From assembly GCA_020343875.1 (NCBI GenBank), contig CP070811.1, forward strand, positions 4,176,018-4,240,017: a stretch of 64,000 bases of DNA. Reading direction: 5' to 3'. Each line of letters opens with the position of its first letter. Positions within the stretch are counted from its first letter, which is position 1. A model generated the notes under the pieces. The model was not told where the DNA came from, did no database searches, and saw only the letters and a list, made by a program, of their open reading frames with translations. A program made the position numbers and the translations under genes. Shown one piece after another: positions 35,349 through 44,515 of the stretch. The stretch comes from Anaerolineales bacterium. Lineage in GTDB: Bacteria > Chloroflexota > Anaerolineae > 4572-78 > NAK82.

Positions 35349-38300
35349 CTAGCGGCTTACCTCCAGAACAAATAGCGCATACTCCCAGTCGCCGGGCAGG
35401 TTGCCCACCGCGATTACATAACGCCCATCGGGTGACAAGGCGACTGGGTAAGCCCAATATGGGCCGGTTTGCCAGTGACCCAGCGGCTCACCCATTGGGA
35501 AGGTGAGCCACACAAGAGTGGTTTCGTTCTGGGTGAAGGCCAGCTCGCTTCCATCATCGCGCCAGAGCAGGTAATCGGCGGCTGGGGCGACGAGCTGCCA
35601 GTCGCCCTCCACGTCCTCCAGCTGGCGCCCCCAGATGTTGTAGCCGGTATTGCGTCCACCGTCGTCGAACTGGATAGTGGCCACTTCTTCGTAGAGAAAA
35701 AGCCAGCCATAGTCGGCCGAAAATCCCCATACTTTCGTATAGGGCAAGTTCTCCACCAAGCCGCTTTCCGCATGGTACAGGCGGGCGACCGGGAAATTCG
35801 CCTCCAGGCCGACACCAGAGACCAACAGGTGAAAGCTGTCTGGCTCCAGCCCGGGAGCCGCCGTCGCTCGCAGGCTGTATCCCTCCGAATTCAAGATAGA
35901 CGGCGTGACATCCAGACCCAGCAGCTCGGTCAACACCGGGACCACGCCCCGCTGAACATCTAGCAGCAGCGGGCCATCGGTCAGCGTCTCGTAGATGAGG
36001 AATTGGGTGTGGCTTACCCACTCACCGCCCAGGCCGTAATCGCCCAGGCGTTCGTCGATTTGCCACGTGGTGCTTGATAGGAGTCGTGGCTCTTGGCTGG
36101 AGAGCAGGTCCGTCTGGAAGGTGAGCCGACCACTCTCGTTGGCGACCAGAATAGTCCTGACCCGGTAGCGCCTATCGGGGGATAGGGCGGGATCAGGCTC
36201 TGGACTGGGGGCTGAGGAGTAATCCGGCCAGGCGGCAAACGGCTGCGCCTGACACGGCACCCCCCAGAATGCTTCCTCCTCCGTGATCACAATAGCCGTG
36301 CCATCCTTTGCCCAATCTACCCACGCCGACCGGTCTGTTTGGGTGTGGAACTGGGGGACCGCGCACGTCTGGCCCGTCCCCGGGTTGGCGAAATGGAGGG
36401 TGCCACCCGGCATCGTGGCCGGGACCTGCTCTGCCACATCCTCGGGCGACGAGAGCCAGTAGGCCATCCAGCCGCCCTCAGGCGACCAACTCTCGAAGCG
36501 TATGTAGGCTGCGCTAGCCCAGGCTTCGACCGGCCTGCCCTCCGCCGCAGGCGCTGAAGCAGCCGGCACAGCAAACCGTAGGCTCTCCGCGACGGCGTCG
36601 AAGATACGGCCATCGCCCTGGCTGCGCAAGATGTAGCCTTGCCCCCCGTCCAGGACCAGCAGCAGGTGGTTGAGGGCCCCAAAATCGTCCATCGTCTGCA
36701 GCCGCAGCCCGGGTCGGCCATCCATGGTCAGCTCACGCTGGTCGAACGCGATCAGCGAGTGATACTGGCCAGGGCCGGGCGAAGCCAGCGCTCGCTCCAG
36801 CAGCGCCTCCAAGCTGTCCTGGGGTGCTGCGATGGCCTGGAGAGCGATCAGGGCCTGGCCGCTGAATGGGCCTAGCTCGGTAGCCGCGTCATCGGGCGGA
36901 TGGGAAGACAGGGTGGGCATCTCATGCCAACCGCTGCCGTACCGGTCCGGCCATCCCTGGCCCACTTGCCAGCCGGCCGGGTAGAGCAGGCTGAATCTGC
37001 CATCCGGGTCGCGGTAAGTGTCACTCAGCGGCGGCACCTCGGCCCGGGCCGCGTCGGGCCGGTAGGCAAGCAGGAGACTCCAGTCCGACTGGCCGTAGTA
37101 GCCCACCGCCCGCGGCGCCGGTCGGCGTGAGGCCTCAATGGCCTGGGCCTGACCCGTGTGCGGGTCGGCCCCCATCAAGGCCAGCGTGTTCCCCTGGCGC
37201 TGGACGTAGTACACGGTCTGCCCATCCTGGCTCCAGACCGGCGCATCCTGGAAGGCGTCGGTGTCGTTCAGCCGACGGCTTTTGCCTGTGACCGGATCCA
37301 CCAGGTAGATGCGCCGTCCGGCGATGGCCGGATTCTCGAAGGTCATCAAATCGGCCCATTCATCATCGGTCTGATTCGCCTGCACGGCTGCGTAAGCGAT
37401 CCAATCACCCCCAGGCGACCAGGCCACCAGGCCCGGGATTTGCTCAGCCTGGTTTACCAGCGTGCGGACCTGGCCCGAGGCCACCTCGAACAGGTCTAAC
37501 CATTTATTGACCTGGGCCGAGCGGTAGCCACCGGCGGTGAAAACCAGGCTGGAGCCATCTGGTGCCCAACTTTGGTAGCCGGGGTTGAGCAGAGCGACGT
37601 CGGCCAGGCGCACGACTTCGTCCGTCGCGGTGTCCAGCACCCATAGCGTCAGGCCGTCGGCCAGTATGGAGGCTGACAGGATACCGTGCCAGAAGAGCAC
37701 CCGCCGTCCGCCCGGCGACCACGTACCCCAAACGACTTGTTCCGGGATGAAGACGTCTGCCTGATCCGGGGGAGTGGGTGACTGAAACACCAAGTGAGGC
37801 GGCTCAGACCGGTCGTCTTTCAGGCGGATCCCCCAGATCTCTAGCGGTCCATCGATCTCAACCCCCGTGCCGGCTGGTGAACGCCGCCAGTGATGGCGCA
37901 CAACCAACAGGTAGCTGCCGTCGGGGGACCACTGGATCGGACCCAGGGTGCTGTCGGGTGGAAAGACGGGGAAAGTCGGACCCGCCTCGTTCTGTAAATC
38001 GAGACGGTCGGCAGCTGGGTCTATTATGGCCCTCCACCCCCCGCTGGGTGAGATCAAGCTCTGAACCGGGTCAGAGGTGGGCGGGGGCGGTGAGATAGTG
38101 TAGGTGACGCCCCCCGTTTGAAAATCGCCCACCACCGGCCAGTCAGCCGAGCGGTCAAGCAACAACTCGGATGGGCTGTAGGCATCGCCTGGCGTCGCCG
38201 TACGCCAGCCGGAAGCGTCCTTCACCAACGTCCAGTTGATCTCTTGCCTCTCGGCGTTGGGCGCTTCGGGCAATTGTAGCGTCACCTGCAGGCTGCCTGG

Positions 38301-39869
38301 GTCGACCCGTTGGAGGTCGGTAACCACAAATCCGGCCTCGGTCAGGCCAGCGCGCAAGTCCGGGAGGTCATCATTCAGGTTGGGATAGGCATTCAGATAG
38401 GCGGCCAGCCCGGCGCCAGGATATAGGATCCCGGGCGCATCCATAGGGAAGTACAAGGTACCGGATTTGTCAGCCAGATTGTAGAAGTAGGTGTATAAAT
38501 CAACCTGCCCTAAAGCTGCCACGCCGCGGGCGATGGCCTCCGCGCGCGTGCCATCTCCATAACCCGCCAGGAAGGCCGTGGCCAGGTCGCCCAGCGGATC
38601 GCCTGCGTACTGGCTGGCGACGGCCTGCATAGCCGCCAACCCCTGGGTCGCGCCATTCTGACCAGGGGTTGGGGCGCTGTCCGGCCTGCCGAGCAGCAGC
38701 AAGCTAGCGGCCCGGCGCCAGGCTGCATAGGCAGCCCAATCCGCGTCGTCCGCTTCCGGCTCCCACATCTCCTCAGCCGCCAGGCCCAGCACACGGTCAT
38801 ACCAGCCCAAGGCTTGGTCAAAGTCGCCAGCCCGATAGGCTGCCTCAGCCTGGTTGGTGAACCAGCGCAGCCGGTCGGCCGTAGTCAGCGTGGCATCGGG
38901 CGCCCAGCCGCTGCGTTCCAGGTCGAGGGTTGCTTCGGCCATCACAAAGCGGCCCGCCTCCCCATCCCAGCGCCAGATCTGCTGCGCCAGGGGATGGTTG
39001 ACTAGCTTGTGATCGAATCCGTTGGCGTACAGATAGGGATAGCGCAGCACGATTTGCTGGCTCCCGGCGCCGGTCGGATCCGGCTGCAGGGCCAGCCCTG
39101 CCTCACCGGCCCAGCTGACCACGTGCGCGGCAAAGATAGGGCGGAAGGCGTCTTGGTGCCACTGGTATACGATCGGCTGCATGTGAAAACCACTGCCGCC
39201 TGGATACAGGAAGGTGAGGCGGATCTCGGGCAAGCCGTCCCCGGTCAGGTCAATCAATTCTAGCGGCGATTGGGGCACGCCCCACATGATCAGATTGGAA
39301 TCGCCTGGCCAACTGTTGATCAGCGCCTGGGCGAAATCGGGGGGCAGCGCGTAGCCGGTTGGCCCGTGCCCTTGGTCGACGAAGACAAGCAGGGGCAATC
39401 CCATAATGGGGATGTGCACCACCACATCCTCGCGGGCATCGCCAGTCAGGTCGATGGCGGCCGCCCGGACCGGGTCCTGATTGAGCGAGCTAGCCTCGTC
39501 CAGTGTCGCCTCCAGGCCTGCCAGGTCGTTGCCGGCGGCGAGCCAGGCAGCGATATCGGCCAGCAGCCGCTCGACGGTGTGGGTCGCATCCGTCGTCGGC
39601 TGGTAGGCGGCCAGCGCGGCTTGTGCGGCTGACAAGTTGCCCAGCGTTGCAGGTGTTTCAGATGGAGGTGGCGTCGCTGTCTCAGCGAAAAGCTGTGGGC
39701 TGGGGGTTGGTACTAGCGGCTGGCCGATATCAATCTGAACGGTCGGCGTAGCCACAGCCGGTGCTGAAGGGGTCGGCATCTGGCAGCTGACCAGGCTCCA
39801 GGCTAGGGCCAGCCCACCTGCCAGCACGAGCTGCCCCAGGCCCTTCGAGTTTAAGAGATGAGCTTTCAT
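35349..39869 (-). CDS. Very large predicted lipoprotein with FG-GAP/VCBS-like, TPR-like and multiple TolB-type (PD40) beta-propeller repeats
   Basis: Lipobox-like LAWSLVSC. DLTGDAREDVVV and DLTGDGLPEI (FG-GAP-like). Repeated PD40-like signatures (WSPDGSYLLV, WSPGGRRVLF, WAPDGSSLVF, WSPGGDWIAY, WSQDGQTVYY, LSPDGRYVIA). ATG 39869 has an AAGGG upstream. The ORF opens at ATG 39887. Confidence 0.85.
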   Translation of the reverse strand: MKAHLLNSKGLGQLVLAGGLALAWSLVSCQMPTPSAPAVATPTVQIDIGQPLVPTPSPQLFAETATPPPSETPATLGNLSAAQAALAAYQPTTDATHTVERLLADIAAWLAAGNDLAGLEATLDEASSLNQDPVRAAAIDLTGDAREDVVVHIPIMGLPLLVFVDQGHGPTGYALPPDFAQALINSWPGDSNLIMWGVPQSPLELIDLTGDGLPEIRLTFLYPGGSGFHMQPIVYQWHQDAFRPIFAAHVVSWAGEAGLALQPDPTGAGSQQIVLRYPYLYANGFDHKLVNHPLAQQIWRWDGEAGRFVMAEATLDLERSGWAPDATLTTADRLRWFTNQAEAAYRAGDFDQALGWYDRVLGLAAEEMWEPEADDADWAAYAAWRRAASLLLLGRPDSAPTPGQNGATQGLAAMQAVASQYAGDPLGDLATAFLAGYGDGTRAEAIARGVAALGQVDLYTYFYNLADKSGTLYFPMDAPGILYPGAGLAAYLNAYPNLNDDLPDLRAGLTEAGFVVTDLQRVDPGSLQVTLQLPEAPNAERQEINWTLVKDASGWRTATPGDAYSPSELLLDRSADWPVVGDFQTGGVTYTISPPPPTSDPVQSLISPSGGWRAIIDPAADRLDLQNEAGPTFPVFPPDSTLGPIQWSPDGSYLLVVRHHWRRSPAGTGVEIDGPLEIWGIRLKDDRSEPPHLVFQSPTPPDQADVFIPEQVVWGTWSPGGRRVLFWHGILSASILADGLTLWVLDTATDEVVRLADVALLNPGYQSWAPDGSSLVFTAGGYRSAQVNKWLDLFEVASGQVRTLVNQAEQIPGLVAWSPGGDWIAYAAVQANQTDDEWADLMTFENPAIAGRRIYLVDPVTGKSRRLNDTDAFQDAPVWSQDGQTVYYVQRQGNTLALMGADPHTGQAQAIEASRRPAPRAVGYYGQSDWSLLLAYRPDAARAEVPPLSDTYRDPDGRFSLLYPAGWQVGQGWPDRYGSGWHEMPTLSSHPPDDAATELGPFSGQALIALQAIAAPQDSLEALLERALASPGPGQYHSLIAFDQRELTMDGRPGLRLQTMDDFGALNHLLLVLDGGQGYILRSQGDGRIFDAVAESLRFAVPAASAPAAEGRPVEAWASAAYIRFESWSPEGGWMAYWLSSPEDVAEQVPATMPGGTLHFANPGTGQTCAVPQFHTQTDRSAWVDWAKDGTAIVITEEEAFWGVPCQAQPFAAWPDYSSAPSPEPDPALSPDRRYRVRTILVANESGRLTFQTDLLSSQEPRLLSSTTWQIDERLGDYGLGGEWVSHTQFLIYETLTDGPLLLDVQRGVVPVLTELLGLDVTPSILNSEGYSLRATAAPGLEPDSFHLLVSGVGLEANFPVARLYHAESGLVENLPYTKVWGFSADYGWLFLYEEVATIQFDDGGRNTGYNIWGRQLEDVEGDWQLVAPAADYLLWRDDGSELAFTQNETTLVWLTFPMGEPLGHWQTGPYWAYPVALSPDGRYVIAVGNLPGDWEYALFVLEVSR

Positions 39870-40071
39870 TGTGCCCTTACTTTCCATCTAGCGGATAGCC
39901 CCTGAGGAAAACCTAGTTCCTGTTTATGATATCATCAACGGATAAAATCTGCCTATCTGCCGAGCGTCGCTTCGCCAACGCTCAAGCAGCGCTGGCCTGG
40001 CGTAATCCGTGCGCCTGGCTACTCACAGGCTTCCTTTTGCACCACGATTGCCGCCGAACCTCTCATTGCGG

Positions 40072-40106
40072 CCCTCTTTTGCCTGGCAAAAGTTTGGGGG
40101 TAAAAT
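40072..40106 (+). promoter_or_regulatory. Conserved 35-nt promoter-like motif, copy B (upstream of the CDF transporter)
   Basis: CCCTCTTTTGCCTGGCAAAAGTTTGGGGGTAAAAT. TTGCCT at 40079-40084, 16-nt spacer, TAAAAT at 40101-40106. Contains the perfect palindrome CTTTTGCC-T-GGCAAAAG. Confidence 0.5.
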
Positions 40107-40197
40107 GTATAGGGTGGCCTTGCAGCGGACTCGTAGAGGGGCGGCGAACAGAATTGCGGAAAGAAACGTGTTGGAGAGACTTACACAGCCGGTCGAG

Positions 40198-41094
40198 ATG
40201 AAGGACGAGCGAGCACGCCGAAGCATGTTGACCGTCAACTTGGGGCTGGCGGCCAACGTTCTTCTGGCCGGGCTGAAAACCAGCATCGGGGTTCTGGGGC
40301 ACAGCCCTGCCTTGCTGGCAGATGGTATCAACTCGACTTCAGATGTTGCCTATTACGTGGTGGTGGCCATTTTCATGCGGCTGGCTGGCAAACCACCTGA
40401 CGAGGAACACCCCTACGGTCACCGGCAACTGGAGAGCATTGCCGCCCTGCTGGTCGGTGCCTTTGTGATTACCACCGCTATTGCCATCTTCTGGAACTCG
40501 ATCGGCAAAGTATACGACCTTATGACGGGGCAAGGTGACTTTCGAGGCGCGGCACTTGGCGCCTTTGGGGTTGCCTTGCTGACGGTTGTGCTCAAACTGG
40601 GGCTAACCTTGTATACCTGGCGGATCGGTCGACAGACTCAGAACGCGGCTGTTCAGGCCCTGGCTTACGACCATCGCAATGACGTGTTCTCCGCCCTGGC
40701 GGCCACCACGGGCATTTTTCTGGGCCGCATGGGCTACTTGTGGGTGGACCCATTGGCTGGAGCATTGGTCGCTCTGGTGGTTCTGCGCACCGGTATCGAG
40801 ATCGTGCGCCTGTCAGCTGAGGATTTGATGGATACCGTGCCTGGTCGGGCATTGGCTCAGCAAATCACCGAGTTGTTGCGTCCGATTTCAGGCGTGAGAA
40901 GGGTCGAAGAGATCCACGCTCATCGCTTTGGGCCATATCTGGTCGTCAACGTAACCATCGGCGTTGATGGCTCGTTGAGTGTTGCTGGCGGCGACCAGAT
41001 TGCCAGCCAGGTGGAGCATACTCTGATCGAGGGCATCGAGCTGGTGCGCCGGGTTCACGTTCACTACCATCCCACAACCCCCAACTCTTCCTGA
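40198..41094 (+). CDS. Cation diffusion facilitator (CDF) family metal efflux transporter
   Basis: Six TM helices with SPALLADGINSTSDV (TM2) and AYDHRNDVFS (TM5, HxxxD), plus a C-terminal cytoplasmic domain (VEEIHAHRFGPYLVVNVTIGV). ATG 40198 was chosen because the earlier ATG 40105 lies inside the predicted -10 element. Confidence 0.85.
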   Translation: MKDERARRSMLTVNLGLAANVLLAGLKTSIGVLGHSPALLADGINSTSDVAYYVVVAIFMRLAGKPPDEEHPYGHRQLESIAALLVGAFVITTAIAIFWNSIGKVYDLMTGQGDFRGAALGAFGVALLTVVLKLGLTLYTWRIGRQTQNAAVQALAYDHRNDVFSALAATTGIFLGRMGYLWVDPLAGALVALVVLRTGIEIVRLSAEDLMDTVPGRALAQQITELLRPISGVRRVEEIHAHRFGPYLVVNVTIGVDGSLSVAGGDQIASQVEHTLIEGIELVRRVHVHYHPTTPNSS

Positions 41095-41200
41095 AGGGAT
41101 ATCCAGGGCTATCCGCGTGCTGCTTCTGCCCCCTTCCTTAGGTTTTGGAGGTACCATTTACACAGCGCCCTCATATCCGAACAATTCTTGAGACGGCGAA

Positions 41201-41656
41201 CTAGTCAGGCACCACTTGCCAGAAGGCCAGAGCTTCCTCCATGCCCTCCACCTGTTCGGGGGGGATTTCCAGGAAGGTTCCGGTGGCTTCGGCCCCAATC
41301 TGCCCGTCCGCGAGCCTGATCTCCCCGTGTGCTTCGAGCGTGCGCGTCTTCCAGCTCACAACCTCGCCAATTACCGTCAACGACTCCCCAATGGGAACAG
41401 GGCGTCGGAAGCGGACGCTGAGTCGGCCTGTCACCATCCAGCGCCCGGAGGCGATGGCTACCCGCCCCAACGTTTCGTCCAGAAGCGCGGTCACAATCCC
41501 CCCATGTACCACTCCGGGATATCCTTGGTGTTCGTCCCGCGTCGTGAAGTGTGCCACCACGCGCCCCTGGTCATCTTCATAAAAGGCCATCTTGAGGCCG
41601 ATTGGGTTTTCAAGGCCGCATGCAAAACACATCTTTGAGTTGGGCTGCTTCTTCAT
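41201..41656 (-). CDS. PaaI-family (hotdog-fold) thioesterase
   Basis: CFACGLENPIGLKM... then YPGVVHGGIVTALLDETLG, typical of PaaI/YbgC-like thioesterases. GAGGG lies 5 nt before the ATG. Confidence 0.85.
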   Translation of the reverse strand: MKKQPNSKMCFACGLENPIGLKMAFYEDDQGRVVAHFTTRDEHQGYPGVVHGGIVTALLDETLGRVAIASGRWMVTGRLSVRFRRPVPIGESLTVIGEVVSWKTRTLEAHGEIRLADGQIGAEATGTFLEIPPEQVEGMEEALAFWQVVPD

Positions 41657-41661
41657 TGTAT

Positions 41662-41696
41662 CCCTCTTTTGCTTGTGCCAAGTTTGTGAGTAAAAT
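41662..41696 (+). promoter_or_regulatory. Conserved 35-nt promoter-like motif, copy C (upstream of the SDR gene)
   Basis: CCCTCTTTTGCTTGTGCCAAGTTTGTGAGTAAAAT. TTGCTT at 41669-41674, 16-nt spacer, TAAAAT at 41691-41696. Its CCCTCT end is the reverse complement of the thioesterase Shine-Dalgarno sequence. Confidence 0.5.
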
Positions 41697-41729
41697 TAGA
41701 CAACTTTGTTTTGCGCGAGGTCTTAGCTC

Positions 41730-42524
41730 TTGGACGTTCGTAACCGGGTGGCGTTGATCACCGGCGCATCAATGGGCATCGGCGCGGCGACGGCCCGGGC
41801 TTTGGCTGAGGCTGGCTGTCGCGTGGCCCTGGTGGCCCGCTCCACCGATGCCTTGACGGTATTGGCCGAAGAAATCCGCGCCCAGGGTGGACAGGCGCTA
41901 CCCTTACCGGGCGACGTGGCCGACCGGTTGACCGCTGAGGCAGCAGTCGGCCAGACGTTGCAGGTCTTTGGACGGCTGGACATTTTGCTCAACAACGCGG
42001 CCGTCGGTTTGCACCGCTCGCCTCTTGGTGCAGCCTGGGCCGATGTCGAGCGGCTGATGGCCGTCAATCTATATGGGCCACTGGCCTTCATGCGGGCTGC
42101 TGTCCCTCCTATGCGTGAAGTGGGCGGTGGCTTGATCGTCAACGTCTCTTCCATTGTCGGTCGGCGAGCAGTCCCGCGCATTGGGGTCTACTGCGCCAGC
42201 AAAGCAGCTTTGGAGCGGCTGAGCGACAGCTTGCGCCTGGAACTGGCGCCGGATAACATCCGCGTCGTCACCTTGTATCCTGGCGTCACCGATACTGGTT
42301 TCAACCGACATACCCTGGATGTGGGCGTTGGCCTGCGACCGGGGCGAATGAGAGGTGCTTCGCCGGAGCGTGTCGCCCGGGCTGTCTTGCGCGTCATCCG
42401 CCGCGAGCCGCGCGACGCCTATGCGTCTATTTTTGACCGGGCCTTCGTCACCTTCTCGACCCTGTTGCCAGGTGTCGCTGACGTCATCTTGCGCCGTTAT
42501 TTTGCCAGCCGTGGTCAGCATTAG
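41730..42524 (+). CDS. Short-chain dehydrogenase/reductase (SDR)
   Basis: ALITGASMGIG (TGxxxGIG), NNAA, and catalytic YCASKAA (YxxxK). TTG start with GAGG 9 nt upstream. Confidence 0.9.
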   Translation: MDVRNRVALITGASMGIGAATARALAEAGCRVALVARSTDALTVLAEEIRAQGGQALPLPGDVADRLTAEAAVGQTLQVFGRLDILLNNAAVGLHRSPLGAAWADVERLMAVNLYGPLAFMRAAVPPMREVGGGLIVNVSSIVGRRAVPRIGVYCASKAALERLSDSLRLELAPDNIRVVTLYPGVTDTGFNRHTLDVGVGLRPGRMRGASPERVARAVLRVIRREPRDAYASIFDRAFVTFSTLLPGVADVILRRYFASRGQH

Positions 42525-42577
42525 CCCCATGCTTGAAACCGACTTGGATACCCACTCCTTGGGCACTGGAGATGGAA

Positions 42578-43414
42578 ATGGATTTTGAACACGTCATTCT
42601 TAATGGCAAAATATGGCCTGCCACGGAAGCAAAGGTCTCCCTGTACAGCCCGGCACTCTTCAGTAGCTTCGGCGTGTACGAAAGCGTTGAAGTGATCGAG
42701 AGAGTTCCTTTTCACTTGCGAGACCATCTGGCACGCTTGGCCGAGTCGGCCGAGATGATCGAATTCAGTCTGCCTTATAGTATCTATGATATTGCCAGTT
42801 GGATCAGCCAGTTACTGCAGGAGAATGGCCCCCAGGACTGTTTGCTGCGTATCATTGCATTGGGAGTTACCCAGGCCGAGGATGAGGCTCTGGTCGCTGT
42901 TTTGCCTCAACCCCTGCCTCGCTATCCGGATAGCTATTATTGGGAAGGCGCGTCAGTCATCACATTTGAGGGCTGCCGCTCGTTGCCAGCCTGTAAGTCG
43001 TTGAACACCTTGGTCAACTACCTGGCCCGCCGCCAGGCGATCCGCTCCGGCGTTCATGAGGCCATCCTACGCACGGGTGGAGAGATGACCGAAGGATCGC
43101 GCAGTAATATATTTGCTGTTCGCCGGGACGAGCTACTCACGCCTCCATCCGATCGGGCGCTGTCGGGCATCACTCGCGACATCACCATTCGGCTGGCTCT
43201 CGAAGCCGGCTATCGCGTGTCGGAAGTTCCGCTAAATTTGATGGATCTCTCCCACTACAGCGAATTCTTCATCACCAGCACCAGTATGCACATCATACCC
43301 ATTGTGCGCATCGGCGATGCGTTGGTGGGCGAAGGACATGTGGGCCCGATGACGACTGACCTGATGGATCGCTTCGAGCAGTACCACCGCGACTATCTTG
43401 GGGACAAGCGCTAG
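42578..43414 (+). CDS. Class IV (fold type IV) aminotransferase: branched-chain amino-acid aminotransferase or aminodeoxychorismate lyase type
   Basis: SLYSPALFSSFGVYE, EGSRSNIF, LSGITRDI motifs. GGAG lies 6 nt before ATG 42578. ATG 42572 is an alternative start. Confidence 0.85.
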   Translation: MDFEHVILNGKIWPATEAKVSLYSPALFSSFGVYESVEVIERVPFHLRDHLARLAESAEMIEFSLPYSIYDIASWISQLLQENGPQDCLLRIIALGVTQAEDEALVAVLPQPLPRYPDSYYWEGASVITFEGCRSLPACKSLNTLVNYLARRQAIRSGVHEAILRTGGEMTEGSRSNIFAVRRDELLTPPSDRALSGITRDITIRLALEAGYRVSEVPLNLMDLSHYSEFFITSTSMHIIPIVRIGDALVGEGHVGPMTTDLMDRFEQYHRDYLGDKR

Positions 43415-43425
43415 ACGAGCCAGAC

Positions 43426-43764
43426 ATGCCTCGTGTCAAGACGCTCTGGATCAGGGACGAATATCTGCGGCAAATTCTGAGTGGCCGCAAGACGGTGGAA
43501 GTTCGCGTGGCCTACAGCAATATCACCCGCCTGGAGGCCGGCGACGTCCTCCTTCTCAATGATTTGCACCCCTACGTGATTACCGACATTCGCCGCTACC
43601 CACATTTTGATGCTCTGGTCGCCGCCGAGGACCCGGCGACTATTGCCCCCGACCTGCCAGGGCATCAGGCTCTACTGGCTGCTTGCCGCGCCATCTACCC
43701 GCCCGAGAAGGAGGCGCTGGGGGTAGTGGCACTCGAAATCAAGCAGCAAGCGGAAAGCGGATAG
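43426..43764 (+). CDS. ASCH-domain protein
   Basis: KTLWIRDEYLRQILSGRKTVEVRVAYSNITRLEAGDVLLLND fits the ASC-1 homology (ASCH) beta-barrel N-terminus as I recall it. Confidence 0.75.
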   Translation: MPRVKTLWIRDEYLRQILSGRKTVEVRVAYSNITRLEAGDVLLLNDLHPYVITDIRRYPHFDALVAAEDPATIAPDLPGHQALLAACRAIYPPEKEALGVVALEIKQQAESG

Positions 43765-44073
43765 TCCCTGCGCAGAATTCTCGCATGCACAAGACGTTCC
43801 CTAATCGGTTAAGAACAAATTGACATAACTTAAGCGGTGCTTGGCCATAGGTAGCTTCCCTACTATGGTCAAGCGTGGTGCTGCTGTCTGGGTTTGCTGG
43901 TCGAAGTGCCAATTCACGCGCCATCCAGCACAGAGCTTCCAACGGACAAGTACTTTGCCCCAAAAAGTCTTTTTTGTCCAATTGAGGCCATACATCGCGC
44001 CTTTCCGACGATCCTGGCCAGGCAAAGAGGTATGCTTTTGACTTTCGCCAGGCGTGCCCTGTATAGCTGTGGC

Positions 44074-44134
44074 TTGACAGGCCAGTTTACGCCTGCTATA
44101 ATATGAATGAATATATGATCAGATATTCATATAT
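44074..44134 (+). promoter_or_regulatory. Consensus sigma70 promoter plus AT-rich inverted repeat (candidate ArsR/SmtB operator)
   Basis: TTGACA (44074-44079), 17-nt spacer, TATAAT (44097-44102). Immediately followed by ATGAATAT (44107-44114), 8 nt, then ATATTCAT (44123-44130), with a second nested pair ATATGAAT/ATTCATAT. Confidence 0.6.
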
Positions 44135-44151
44135 CTGGAATTGAGCAGACG

Positions 44152-44502
44152 ATGGACCAGTTGTGCGAAGACCGCTATATCGATGAAGACAAGGTTCGTC
44201 AGGCTCAGGCATATCTGGTGGATAGCCTGTCGGCAACCCGGCTGTCTGAGATCTTCAAGGCCCTGTCGGACCCCTCCCGTGTGCGCATCATTTCTGCCCT
44301 GACGCATACTGAGCTGTGTGTGTATGACCTGGCGGCGGCGTTGGGCATGAGCCAGTCAGCTGTATCGCATCAGCTCCGCTCTCTGCGCGAGATGCGTTTG
44401 GTACGTTATCGCAAAGAGGGACGGCACGTCTATTATCAGCTTGATGATGAACACATTGGTGATCTGTTTCGTCGAGGCCTGGAACACGTCGAACACAGCT
44501 AA
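44152..44502 (+). CDS. ArsR/SmtB-family metal-responsive transcriptional repressor
   Basis: LSDPSRVRIISALTHTELCVYDLAAALGMSQSAVSHQLRSLREMRLVRYRKEGRHVYYQL: a winged HTH with the ELCVxDL motif. Directly precedes a P1B-ATPase gene. Confidence 0.9.
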   Translation: MDQLCEDRYIDEDKVRQAQAYLVDSLSATRLSEIFKALSDPSRVRIISALTHTELCVYDLAAALGMSQSAVSHQLRSLREMRLVRYRKEGRHVYYQLDDEHIGDLFRRGLEHVEHS

Positions 44503-44515
44503 CCAGCGAGGCCCT

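Noticed and set aside
40009-40197. Upstream extensions of the CDF transporter ORF (track start 40009; ATG 40105).
   Set aside because: ATG 40105 lies inside the predicted TAAAAT -10 element of motif copy B. CDF proteins normally begin about 15 residues before TM1, as with ATG 40198.
40107-40197. Possible NiCo (czcD-type) riboswitch in the 92-nt leader of the CDF gene.
   Set aside because: I could not reconstruct the four-way junction or the conserved core from memory, and no convincing long-range pairing is visible. Only an Infernal scan with the Rfam czcD model could settle it.
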